Shown: one piece after another, positions 1 to 9,902 of the stretch | Layout of the letters: every line of letters begins with the position of its first letter | Numbering within the stretch: the stretch's first letter is position 1 | Assembly: GCA_965218695.1 (NCBI GenBank) | Contig: OZ244651.1 | Coordinates: forward strand, 2,395,687-2,459,686 | Source: Nitrosopumilus sp. | Lineage (GTDB): Archaea > Thermoproteota > Nitrososphaeria > Nitrososphaerales > Nitrosopumilaceae | DNA length: 64,000 nt | Reading direction: 5' to 3' | The notes under the pieces: generated by a model | Database searches by the model: none | What the model saw: only the letters and a program-made list of their open reading frames with translations | Told to the model about the DNA's origin: nothing | Made by a program: the position numbers and the translations under genes

Positions 1-169
1 AGGCACCTGTCGCGCCCCCCACCGGGATGGCTATGGACTCGTTTGGCGAGATGGTCCTCCACGTGGTGACAAACGGCATGTCGCCGGGGTTTTCTGTGTC
101 GGTACTGCCAACCTCCGGTTTCCCTGATGCCTCTGTCTGTTTGGCAAGGGGCGTGTCACTCAACCTCAG
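1..169 (-). pseudogene. Frameshifted continuation of the 156..1433 gene: start of a BspA/DUF285-type surface protein region, running off the window edge
   Basis: The alternative frame reads LRLSDTPLAKQTEASGKPEVGSTDTENPGDMPFVTTWRTISPNESIAIPVGGATGA. The 'PFVTTW.T...ESI.IP' motif is typical of the region preceding DUF285 repeats. It could instead be a separate gene from ATG at 79. Confidence 0.6.
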
Positions 170-1433
170 GCAGTAGCACGAACCCGCGCTGTTCCAGTGC
201 CGCCGTTGATCCTGCAAAGACACACGCAGGCAACCCGGACGGCGATGCCATCAAGACGCGCCCGTCGTCGCCGCAGACGATCTCGTTTAACGGTACTCCG
301 TCGCGCGCCTGCCGGAGGGGCGCGGGGATTGGATCTGCATTCGCTTCAAACCCTGCGGCAACGGCGCCGAACCCGGGAACCGCGTTGGCAAGCACCACAT
401 TCTCACCCACCGGGCCTCCCAGCGGCTCTTCAGACCCGTACCCGCCAAACGTGATGGAGACATCGACAGGGTCGTCAGGGTACAACGGTGTCGTCGCGTG
501 CGTTTCCTTCCCGCCTGCGATGTGCCCGCCGTCTTCTTCCAAGACGATCCTGTCGTTTTGTGTCACCGTGATCGAATAGTTGGCAAACGGGTCGTCAAAC
601 GAGACACCGATTCCCATCCTCTTGCCCTCCTGCGGTTGGGTGGTCCATACGTCTACTGTGGTGCCGTCGCTAAGCACTCCGGTTGCAGACAGATGGTTTG
701 TCGGCATGTCTTGGTAGAGTCTCGGGGAGCGGTCTATGGCGTTTATGCTTGCGGCGATGTAGGCAGCATCGTCTGTCTTGGTGTCTCGTAGTTCCATATC
801 GATATCTATGGCCAGAAATATGCCCGAATCATGATCGTAATAGTAAGACTCTGACAAGTCAAGACTCATATCATCGGTAACGAAGATATCAGATCCCTCA
901 AAATAATTCATCATCTCGAGATCAGGGGTGACATGCACCCCGACAAACGTCATTTTTGTCACAAGCCGCCCTTCGAACTCGCTGCCCACCTCGAGGCCAG
1001 CAGGCATTACAAGGCTGCCGGGGCTAAACGCTCCAAGATCAACTGATTCGGGATTGCGGCTTATCTCACGCCCATCTGCCATTATGCTGACCTCAAGCGT
1101 GACTGCGCTGCCGGATATGTCAGATACCGCGTATTTGATCCACTCAGTATTGGCAATGTCATATCCAATCAGGCCAAACGGAGACTGTCCAAGTATGTCT
1201 ACCCCATCTCTTGCGATATCCCCTACTCTCCCGTCTCCGTCCGCATGGATCAACACTTGGTACTTTATCCAGTCTCCTACCATCAGGGGCGTTGAGGCGG
1301 ATTCCGCAGCAGCCTCGAATCCTGCAATGGACAACGCAGATATCGCTACTGCCAGTGCCAACATCGCAACCGTTCTCACGGGGGTTGTTTGAATTGGACG
1401 ATACTTAAGTTTCAGACAGAACGCATGCTGCAT
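156..1433 (-). CDS. Secreted protein with a C-terminal 46-47 aa two-Cys 'PLxQ/PACVF' module
   Basis: Signal-peptide-like VAMLALAVAISALSIAG; true start probably near 1380/1362. Module at 180..320. Confidence 0.8.
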   Translation of the reverse strand: MQHAFCLKLKYRPIQTTPVRTVAMLALAVAISALSIAGFEAAAESASTPLMVGDWIKYQVLIHADGDGRVGDIARDGVDILGQSPFGLIGYDIANTEWIKYAVSDISGSAVTLEVSIMADGREISRNPESVDLGAFSPGSLVMPAGLEVGSEFEGRLVTKMTFVGVHVTPDLEMMNYFEGSDIFVTDDMSLDLSESYYYDHDSGIFLAIDIDMELRDTKTDDAAYIAASINAIDRSPRLYQDMPTNHLSATGVLSDGTTVDVWTTQPQEGKRMGIGVSFDDPFANYSITVTQNDRIVLEEDGGHIAGGKETHATTPLYPDDPVDVSITFGGYGSEEPLGGPVGENVVLANAVPGFGAVAAGFEANADPIPAPLRQARDGVPLNEIVCGDDGRVLMASPSGLPACVFAGSTAALEQRGFVLLPEVE

Positions 1434-1443
1434 ATCCCGCCGC

Positions 1444-2877
1444 CTACTTTGTCGGATCCGCGATCTTCCCCATGAAGAGTATCGCGCCGCTCTCGTTGTC
1501 CTGTATGAAGAACAGGAACGGGTGGTCTGCCACGAACGATGGGGGTGGGGGCGGTGCGGATGCTGTAGCTACGACTACCGTGGTGACTGCCGCAGCTTCG
1601 GTGCCCTCTTCGTTGACTTTCAGGTACCCGTCGTGCAGCACGGAGCTTACAAATGCCTTGGGGGAGATATCTGGCAGTGAGCCGACATCAAAAATCTCGG
1701 TGGCTCCAAGATCCTTCAGGGGCCCGTTGAGGGAATATTTGGTGCGTGTCTCGAACTTTGGAAACTCAACTTCGACGTTCGTGTGGCGTAACGCGCCTTC
1801 CCATTCCTCCAAAAGGCTGGCCGACAGGCGTTCCTCCAAGGCGTCGATTCCGTCGCGCTCGCGCGGCAGTGCCACCAGCATCGACAGCCGGTCGCCCTCG
1901 TACGGCATGCGGAGCACCTGTTCGCTGCCGACATTCGCATATTCGAATCCCCCGTATACGGACATCGTGTCTGCCGTTACGGTTCCGCTGCCCGTGTAAA
2001 AGTCACCAGGCCTGGTATCATCGGAGTCGAACTGCACCACCCACGTTCCCTTGAAGTATATCGCGTTTGTGAGGATCATTATGGTGTCAGGCCCCAGATC
2101 TTCCAGGATTTTTTTTATTTTTCCGTTTGTGTTGTCAGAGGCCCACTTGTTTATCTGTTCGACGTCGTTTACCGGCGACACGTCTGCACGGTAGACGTCG
2201 CGGATCGTCTCAACGTACTCGCGGCTGGGTTCGCCGGAGACTAGCCACAGCGCGTTTGCCATGGACAGCTCCGCGTGCGGATCCTCGCGGTTCAGCGAGG
2301 ACAGCGCGCGGGCGGTGTCTTCGTAGCGCGCCTGCAAGTCGGGATCGAAGCCAAACGCGTCATGCAGCTGCTCTGCTGCAGAAGGGCTGGTCGCCTCGTA
2401 CAGCATGGACACTGCCATGTATATGCTGAGAGGGGAGAAGAACGCGTTGCTGCCATCGGGCAGCTGCCTGTACATGTCGATCGCAAATGCGTTGTTGGCA
2501 GAAGACACCTTGCTTGGTATTGCAGACGGCTCTCCGTCAAGTATCGTAACTGCAATTGAGGCGGCAGCGGCTCTTTCAGCCTGCGTCTCGGACGTGGGAT
2601 CTTCGGGATGTCCTGCGGGTGCCGCACCAAGTGGTATAAATCCCCTGGCCTCCAAGTCCCCCACCGATGATGCAAAGACGCACGCAGGCGACCCGGACGG
2701 CGTTGCCATCAGCACGCGACTGTCTGAGCACATGATTTCAGTGAATGGCACACCATCGCGCACCTGCTGGAGGGGCGGCTTTGCGTCGGCCTGCGCAAAA
2801 GCCACATCACCAAACAGCAGAATCATTGCGACAATCAGGGAGCCAAACAGGACTGTCTTGAACGCTTTTGGTACCAT
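1444..2877 (-). CDS. Secreted serpin (serine protease inhibitor) with N-terminal PLxQ/PACVF module
   Basis: Serpin motifs NNAFA, FFSPLSI, NAIYFKGTW, MPY, PKFE, EEGTEAAA and FVADHPFLF; signal peptide; ATG at 2877. Confidence 0.95.
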   Translation of the reverse strand: MVPKAFKTVLFGSLIVAMILLFGDVAFAQADAKPPLQQVRDGVPFTEIMCSDSRVLMATPSGSPACVFASSVGDLEARGFIPLGAAPAGHPEDPTSETQAERAAAASIAVTILDGEPSAIPSKVSSANNAFAIDMYRQLPDGSNAFFSPLSIYMAVSMLYEATSPSAAEQLHDAFGFDPDLQARYEDTARALSSLNREDPHAELSMANALWLVSGEPSREYVETIRDVYRADVSPVNDVEQINKWASDNTNGKIKKILEDLGPDTIMILTNAIYFKGTWVVQFDSDDTRPGDFYTGSGTVTADTMSVYGGFEYANVGSEQVLRMPYEGDRLSMLVALPRERDGIDALEERLSASLLEEWEGALRHTNVEVEFPKFETRTKYSLNGPLKDLGATEIFDVGSLPDISPKAFVSSVLHDGYLKVNEEGTEAAAVTTVVVATASAPPPPPSFVADHPFLFFIQDNESGAILFMGKIADPTK

Positions 2878-2896
2878 ACCAAATAGCAAGTCATTG

Positions 2897-2912
2897 GGGC
2901 TATAACGTTTGA
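2897..2912 (-). promoter_or_regulatory. Putative TATA/BRE promoter, duplicated at about 4198..4212
   Basis: The minus strand reads CATCAAACGTTATAG about 25 bp upstream of the ATG in both the serpin gene and the 3023..4177 gene. Confidence 0.55.
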
Positions 2913-3022
2913 TGAAAGGCGTTTTTTACCAAAAATCCCATGCTCGTAAGGAATTTGTCAATGTGGCGCCCGTCACAGGACAATGGCCATGATCGCCATG
3001 TGAAACAAGCGCGAATCAGTCA

Positions 3023-4177
3023 TCAGTCAAGTCCTCTCATGTATATGGCATACGCGTATTCGCCGGTCCACCCATCGACGATTATTCGTGGAATATTAGA
3101 ATGGCCCGCAGCATATTCGTAGTCGCAATAACCTGGGCTCACAACATAGGCAGGGACTCCAAAGATTACTTTGATGCTTGCCCGTTTGGAGAGATCCGCG
3201 CCCCCAACATCGGCCAGCGTGTACTCGCAGTCGCCGCCTTCCTCTGCGGGACGATTCAGATCTGGATCCATGCCTGCATATTTACTGGCAGCTTCGTACG
3301 CCCCCGTCCGGCTCAGGGTAGGAACGACCAGTTCCGGATCGTTGGTCCACCCCCCAAAAATGATCATCAGCTGGACGTATCCGGAGACGTCAAAGTCAGG
3401 AATCTGGGCTGCCAGTGTTGCTGCGGATCCCGGGACATGTTTGGTCAATACCATCGGAACATTCTCTGCATGATAGTCGGCAAAAAGGAACCGTACGTAA
3501 CTATGCTCTTCAAGGATAGTGTAGGAACGAGCGTCGTAGTAAGAAAGTCTAAAGTCGGATTGCTCAAAGGCCTCCCTGTCGTATTCAAAACCCATCTCAT
3601 CCATGAAATGCTTGACGAACTCCTTTTCGGCCGCGTAATCGTCGCGTCCTATGTCGGTCCTCAGCGTGTAGTCTGCCTCGTTGTCAAGATAGAGTTGGGA
3701 TGTAATGGTGTGATCCCGCAGGCGGATCTTGCCTTGCTCCGTCTCGAACACAGTCCCGAAGCCGTTGACTGTGTCCTTGTTCAGCACGGCGTCTCCGGTG
3801 GCCTCTGCCAGGCGCGACGCGAACCCGTCCGTGTCTATGATAGGCACCCAGTAGCCTGAGGGATTCTGGATCGTCTCCAGGCTCCAGTGCGGGGAGCCGG
3901 GGTCAAGCGCCATCCAAGTGGCATGCTTGTCCACCACGCGCGCAAACCCCCTGTCTTGCAGGATTTCCACGGATGCAGGAAACACGCACGCAGGCGATCC
4001 TGATGGTGATGCCATCAGCACGCGGCCATCAGAGCACATGATCTCGTTTAACGGCACCCCGTCGCGCGCCTGCTGGAGGGGGGACGGCTTTGCGTCAGCC
4101 TGCGCAAAATCCACGTTACCAAACAGGAAAATTACTGCGGCAGCCAGGGAACCAAACAGGACTGTCTTTGATGCCAT
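3023..4177 (-). CDS. Secreted hypothetical protein with N-terminal PLxQ/PACVF module
   Basis: Signal peptide and module nearly identical to those of the serpin (KTVLFGSL..A..LFG.V.FAQADAKP); ATG at 4177; cargo domain not recognised. Confidence 0.85.
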   Translation of the reverse strand: MASKTVLFGSLAAAVIFLFGNVDFAQADAKPSPLQQARDGVPLNEIMCSDGRVLMASPSGSPACVFPASVEILQDRGFARVVDKHATWMALDPGSPHWSLETIQNPSGYWVPIIDTDGFASRLAEATGDAVLNKDTVNGFGTVFETEQGKIRLRDHTITSQLYLDNEADYTLRTDIGRDDYAAEKEFVKHFMDEMGFEYDREAFEQSDFRLSYYDARSYTILEEHSYVRFLFADYHAENVPMVLTKHVPGSAATLAAQIPDFDVSGYVQLMIIFGGWTNDPELVVPTLSRTGAYEAASKYAGMDPDLNRPAEEGGDCEYTLADVGGADLSKRASIKVIFGVPAYVVSPGYCDYEYAAGHSNIPRIIVDGWTGEYAYAIYMRGLD

Positions 4178-4327
4178 TACCAAATAGCAGGGAATTGAGA
4201 CTATAACGTTTGATGAAAGGCGTTTTTTAGCAAAAATCCCATGTCGGTTTGCCGCAGTTCCACGTTCGGGGCTGCTGCGCGGACGCTGCAAAATTCAGTT
4301 CATGGGACCGCCCATTCGTTGGAATGA

Positions 4328-6016
4328 TTAGCTCGCCCTGCCCTTTGATATTCTGGCATTGTCCGGATCCAGATCCTCCCAGACCACGTCATAGCCCATC
4401 TTGGACAGCAGGCCAGCATGACAAGTGTCCGGAATCTTCTGTGATGCCAGTATCTTGCAGGCATCAACAAACCTGGAAACCCCGCCAAGGCTGTCGTCTG
4501 TGGCCTTGATCCTCTCCTTTGAGATCAGGTACGAGCCGACTGCAACATAATCCCCGGGGTAATCGGCAAGAAGGATCTTCAATGCCGCAGCCTCCGGAAG
4601 GGAGTTCTCAAGGGCAACCTGTTTTATGGAGATTAAATCCGGACGGTCCTCGTCAAGTCTTATTCTGGTGTGGATCTTTTCCTCGACGATCTCGGCATCA
4701 ATCTTTTTCAGGTGTTCCAAGACGGGCTTGATTGAGACATCTTTTTGAAAGGTAAAGATCCTCTCCTTGGAGATTGCCTCTATCCTAGAGCATGCAAGTT
4801 CAGAATTTATTGCCACCAGCAGATCAATCCCCTTGTCGTTTTTGCCGCCGCCGCCGCCGTCAAGCAGTGCCTGAAGTTTGTCGGCCTTTCTCTCAAGGTA
4901 CTCCCTTGTCCAAAACCCCACAATTTCAAAGTACACCTTTCTTCCAAACCGCTCAAAAAGAAAGTCCGGAATCATGGCCTTGCCGTCTGCAACTAGCGGG
5001 TCAGGCTCCCGGGAGATTCTCCATCCGAACTTGTCGCTTTGATCAAAGTGCTGATAGAATTTTTTTGCAAATGCCGCCTCTGCAGAGCTGTCATAGGAAC
5101 CGTCGCCGTCGTTTCCAGCATTGCCGCTGTCCTGGTGTATGGAATCTATTGTTGGGCGAAAAAATTCACCGGTGTCCTGATTTGACAGTTCAAACGAGTA
5201 GATCTTTTGTCCGTCGTCTGTTTTTTTGACTATGGAGCCTGTGATCTTCCAGGCCGGCGTGCGTACAATTGATGGCAGCAGTTTGGCCATGGACGTGCCA
5301 TACCTGTCAGTCATCCTGAAGAGGCTGAGCGGTCCTTCCAGAACACATCTGATGGAGTCATCCCAATCGGGGTCGTTGCCTGAATGGTACTCCAGTGTAT
5401 ACATCAGCCCGTATCTTTTGACGTTGCGCAGAACCTGCTTCCAGTATACCCCGCCATTTACATGAAATTCCAGTCTGGCACACCTGAAGAGAAGCGTCTG
5501 AAACAGGGACAGGTTGTACCACAAAATCAGGTCTTTTGTGCTGATGACATCAAACCGGGTCAGTATCAGGTTCTCGTCCTTGTCGCTCCACATCATGGCC
5601 TCGATATCGTCTGATGAGATATGCATCCGTGCTGCAGTCTGCCGTATGATGTCCTGTCTTTGCAGACCGGACAGGGCCAGTCCCCGTCTTGCAGATTCCT
5701 CAAAGAGTTTTTGTCTAATAAGCATGGGCGTTGCAACAGCAGATGATGATGACGTGTTTAATCTCCCAAAAATACAGCGCCGTTCCAACAACGCAGACAG
5801 TCCCCTCACCAGCTTGTAGTCGTGTTCGGATTCAAGCGATCCTATCTTTTGCAGTAGGTCGCCTTTGCGCTGTCTGTCTTTTTGTGAATTCGTGAAAAGT
5901 TCGACAAGCCTGCAGGCAAGATCGTAATCGGTGCTGTTGCCAGATGTTGAAGTGCAAAACAGTGGCCTTATCCTGCCCCGGCTGATCTTGGTGCGCAAAA
6001 GTTCAGACGGGAGCAT
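4328..6016 (-). CDS. bax1: DUF790-family endonuclease (Bax1, XPB partner)
   Basis: MLPSELLR start, YNLSLFQTLLF, GPLSLF...RYG, PD-(D/E)xK-like IPDF...FEIVGFWT; overlaps the xpb stop codon. Confidence 0.9.
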   Translation of the reverse strand: MLPSELLRTKISRGRIRPLFCTSTSGNSTDYDLACRLVELFTNSQKDRQRKGDLLQKIGSLESEHDYKLVRGLSALLERRCIFGRLNTSSSSAVATPMLIRQKLFEESARRGLALSGLQRQDIIRQTAARMHISSDDIEAMMWSDKDENLILTRFDVISTKDLILWYNLSLFQTLLFRCARLEFHVNGGVYWKQVLRNVKRYGLMYTLEYHSGNDPDWDDSIRCVLEGPLSLFRMTDRYGTSMAKLLPSIVRTPAWKITGSIVKKTDDGQKIYSFELSNQDTGEFFRPTIDSIHQDSGNAGNDGDGSYDSSAEAAFAKKFYQHFDQSDKFGWRISREPDPLVADGKAMIPDFLFERFGRKVYFEIVGFWTREYLERKADKLQALLDGGGGGKNDKGIDLLVAINSELACSRIEAISKERIFTFQKDVSIKPVLEHLKKIDAEIVEEKIHTRIRLDEDRPDLISIKQVALENSLPEAAALKILLADYPGDYVAVGSYLISKERIKATDDSLGGVSRFVDACKILASQKIPDTCHAGLLSKMGYDVVWEDLDPDNARISKGRAS

Positions 6017-7614
6017 CAGGCATGGCCTCCGCTGTTCTTGCCGTCCTGTTGGGCGTCATGCCGGTTCCCCTGTGTTGCCAAACCATAGTCTTCCCGGGAC
6101 GCCGAATCTTTTTTCAGTGCGGTTATTCTTTTTGCACTGGTACTTGTCTCCCGCGTATGTCTTGATACCAGTTCAATCAGCCTTGCCTGTCTGCCATCCC
6201 GTTTTGGCCTTAGGATCCTGCCCAGCCTCTGTATCATCTCCCTGCCGCTGCCTGTGCCGCTCATGATTATGCCCAATTCTGCATCAGGAACGTCCACTCC
6301 CTCGTCCAGAACCCTTGATGTGACCACCGCGGTATACCTGCCGGATTTGAATCCCTCCAAGACATCCCGCCTTTCGTCCCTTGCCGTCTTGTGTGTGATG
6401 TGCGGTATTAGGAACCTGTCTGACAGACGGTAGACCATCTTGTTGTTTTGTGTAAAGATTATCGTCTTTGCGCCGCCGTACTGCTGCAGTATCTTTTGCA
6501 GCTCGTCTATCTTTGCCTGGCTGTTTAGTGCAATCTCGTTTGCCCTGTTTCTTGCAAGCATCGCCTCCCTTGCGATCCTGCTTCTGTTTGACATCATGAT
6601 TAGCCGCTTGAGATTATACATTGTGGGTGTCTTGAATCCCAACCGTCTGAGGTTTGCCAGGAACCTGTTGTGGCTGGCCTCGTACTCTTTTTGCTCGTCC
6701 GGGGTCAGGCTGACTTGGATTCGGTCTATGGTGTACCCTGCCAGATGCTTTTGTCTTGAGAGCTCCTGGGAACCAAGGCGGAACACGACGCCTCCCGTGA
6801 GGTACGGGATCAGCTCGTGCAGTTCGTCCTCCCTTTCTATTGTCGCAGTCAGGCCCAGCCGGCATGGCGCAATGAGCTGCTCTGCAATGGAACGGTATCC
6901 CGGGGCGGGAAGATGGTGCACCTCGTCAAATATTACCAGCTTGAATTGGTTTCCAATTGTTGATGCCCGGATGTATGCAGAGTCGTATGTCGCTATGGTG
7001 ATTGCCTGAAGGTCGTCTTCTCCTCCTCCCAGCCTGCCTACGTGGATCCGTTGCGGGTTGTGGTCGTCATCACCATCATCAGTCAAGAGGTATCTGGAGA
7101 CGTTCTCTGCCCACTGTTCCATCAGGTCAATCGTCGGGACCACCACCAGTGCAGACGCGTTTACCCTCTGAATTGCCTTGATTCCCAAGGCGGTCTTTCC
7201 CGCACCCGTGGGCAGAATGACGCATCCCCTCATGGACGCATTCTCCCAGTTTTGCATGGCCTGCTGTTGGTAGTCCCGCAGCTCCAAGCCCTTGATTTGG
7301 AATACTGGTGACGGGATGAAATCAGGTACGTTGTCGACAAAATTCAAATCACTATTCTTTAGATACTCGACAATTTCTGAATAGTTCAGGCCATGGGATC
7401 TCAGGGATTTGGTGCGTTCGTCATATTTTGTATCAGGAATTCTGACCAGTCTGCTGTTCTCAATGAGAATGGTACCCTTGTCAAAGAACAGTTTTGGGTT
7501 TGGTGATGTGCTAGAGGACAAATCTGATTCCTTGTTGCCAGCGGCACTATAATCATTTTTTGTTTGCTCAGGAGATTGAAATGGATACAGAATTGAGCAC
7601 CATATAACATCCAA
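6016..7614 (-). CDS. xpb: XPB/Rad25-family SF2 DNA helicase
   Basis: LRDYQ, LPTGAGKT, DEVHH, LGLTAT, VLDEGVDVP, QRLGRILR. Confidence 0.93.
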   Translation of the reverse strand: MDVIWCSILYPFQSPEQTKNDYSAAGNKESDLSSSTSPNPKLFFDKGTILIENSRLVRIPDTKYDERTKSLRSHGLNYSEIVEYLKNSDLNFVDNVPDFIPSPVFQIKGLELRDYQQQAMQNWENASMRGCVILPTGAGKTALGIKAIQRVNASALVVVPTIDLMEQWAENVSRYLLTDDGDDDHNPQRIHVGRLGGGEDDLQAITIATYDSAYIRASTIGNQFKLVIFDEVHHLPAPGYRSIAEQLIAPCRLGLTATIEREDELHELIPYLTGGVVFRLGSQELSRQKHLAGYTIDRIQVSLTPDEQKEYEASHNRFLANLRRLGFKTPTMYNLKRLIMMSNRSRIAREAMLARNRANEIALNSQAKIDELQKILQQYGGAKTIIFTQNNKMVYRLSDRFLIPHITHKTARDERRDVLEGFKSGRYTAVVTSRVLDEGVDVPDAELGIIMSGTGSGREMIQRLGRILRPKRDGRQARLIELVSRHTRETSTSAKRITALKKDSASREDYGLATQGNRHDAQQDGKNSGGHA

Positions 7615-8649
7615 AATTTGTATCGATATTGAATTGTCTGATTGTATGTGATGTAACCAAGATATCTGCTATAGTGAAAAGTGAAAGTTCGTTCCAAGTT
7701 CAGCACCTCAGACCGAAAACTATGTAGATCAGCCGGTCGCCTAACGCGGCATGATCAAAGTAACACGGGAAGAACTCGAAGTAGCATACAAAAAAGAAAA
7801 GGACCTCAGGGTGGGAGCCAGAATGCTTGCAGTACACATGGTACATTTTCGTAAAATGAGCATAGATGATGCGGCCGTCAATCTTCTGCGATGTCCCAGG
7901 TGGGTACGCAACTGGCTGGAACGCTTCGAGAATGGAGGCCTACAAGGCCTCCGGGATCTTCCCAGATCCGGCAGGCCGCCCAAGATTTCGCCGGAAGCGA
8001 TGGACGGCATACTGGACAAGGTAGTGGACCGGTTCAAGACCACTCCTGCCGAACTGCAGCAGGTCATACACAGGGAAACGGGAACAAAGATGCACAGAAC
8101 GAATATCAGGAAAATCATGCAAAAATACGGCCTGTCTCCCAAGGGGTCGCAAAGGATCCACATCAACAGGGCCACCAAAACGGCCGTAAAAAGCTGGCAA
8201 TATCGCCTCAAAAAGAGAATTTCACGCCTAGAAAAGGACGATTTTGTCCCAGTCGTGGAAGACGAGGCGTTCTTCATACACGACGTAAAATCGGGTCGCA
8301 AGTATTGGTCGCCTGTGGGGGTGCCAATAACCGTGCCATATACGGGAAGCCACAAAAGAATTACCGCGTACGGTTCAATTACAATGGATGGCAGGCAGTT
8401 CTTCAGGACTGCCAGCGGGTTTAACGCGCCCACATTTGTTGCTTATCTCAAGGCCATGCAGAAGCATTTTGGGAAGGTTGCCGTCCTGGTGGACAGGGCG
8501 TCCCCGCACCGCGCAAAAGCCGTCCGGACGCTGCTGCGCGAGAACAAGAACATCAGGATCATATACCTGCCAAAAGGCTCACCGTATCTCAACGCCGTGG
8601 AAGAATGCTGGCACCAGGGAAAACGGAACCTGCTTGTTTCAGAATACTA

Positions 8650-9902
8650 TACCAGCAATGAAAAATTCATATCAAAATCGCTCATAAATTTTTGATGCGA
8701 CATCCGTCTCTGGAAATTACGAGGTGCGTTGAATTCCCAAATGACGAGAAAAGACGCCCCGAACATTAGACATTGCATGCTCTGGTGCGCCGTGCATGGC
8801 ACACGCTAGGCGGCGTGGATCCGGTGCGGTTTGATGTCGTTTTAGATGGCCCTGTACAGAAAATTCTCGACTACCAGATTCGGTTTTTTGTACCTCGTGT
8901 ACCGGGTGATCGCCTCGCGGAGCATGCTCAGGCTGGTGTACGGCACGTCAAGCACTGCCCGTTTGAGATCCCTCCAGTACGTCTCTATGGCGCTCAGGTC
9001 CGGGGTCGCAGTTGGCAGGAAGATTATCTCCAGGCCGTCTGTGCCATCAAGCAGTTTGCGTATGTTTGATGCCCTGTGCTGGGAGGCCTTGTCCATGATC
9101 AGGCAGATCTTCTTGAACCTGTACATCGCCTGCCTTAGAAAGTCCTCAAAGGTGTCCTTGGTAAACGCATCGTACTGCCGGAACATGCCCCTGCCGTCCG
9201 TGGTGATTAGTCCATGGATTATCGTCTTGGAGTGTGAGCCGGTGTACGTGAAAAACGCCCGTATTCCCTTCCTGGTGTAGCCGCGTCTTCGCGGCCGCGC
9301 ATCGGAGATTACTATGGACTCGTCCTGTATCGCTACGACTGTTCCTTCACTGTTCTTTTTTTATAATCTCTGGCATCTCTTTTTGGAATTTCCTGATCTC
9401 CTCGTCAGGTGCCCTTCTTGCATGTTTTCCTACGGGAACCTTTTGGGAATAGCCCCACCCGCGCAGTATCTGGCGCACATATCCGAGTTCGTACTTTACT
9501 CCGGTCTTCTGTTGGATGTATTGCTGCATCTCCCTGCCCGTCCAGACCGGTTTACTGCATGCGGCCTTTCTGATCTTCTTCATGTCTGCCTTGCTCGCCT
9601 TGGTCGGCCTGCCGGAGCGCGGCATGTTTCCCAGCCTGTCAAATCCGACTTCCAGGTAGCGCTCATGCCACTTGTAGCCCCACGAGGCTGACTTTCCCAG
9701 GGATTTTGCAGAATCCCTCATGGTTATTCCATCACGTTTGACTCTGATGATCAGCATCATGCGGTCCTTGGTATCGCAGTCTGTCTCAGCGGCGTATCTT
9801 TTCAACATCGTCTTGATCTTCATTGACTGTGGGACGTGAAATTGGTATAACTCTAGATGCGGTAAAATATGTGACAATCGCATCAACTTTTCACTTTTGG
9901 TA
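8650..9902 (-). mobile_element. IS630-family element type B (1253 bp), copy 1
   Basis: TIRs TACCAGCAATGAAAA / TTTTCACTTTTGGTA; TA duplicated at 8648-49 and 9903-04; second copy at 24780..26032. Confidence 0.95.
8842..9823 (-). CDS. IS630 transposase split into HTH and DDE frames, needing a +1 shift at the A7 run (9356..9362)
   Basis: HTH part (PRSGRP) ends at KKEQ*; the +1 frame continues VAIQDES...MDKASQH...PDLSAIE. Confidence 0.8.

Noticed and set aside
7741-8433. Long antisense ORFs over transposases and core genes (also 14203..14892, 12515..13408, 53434..54597, 61324..61950)
   Set aside because: Shadow ORFs of GC-rich coding strands, with no motifs.
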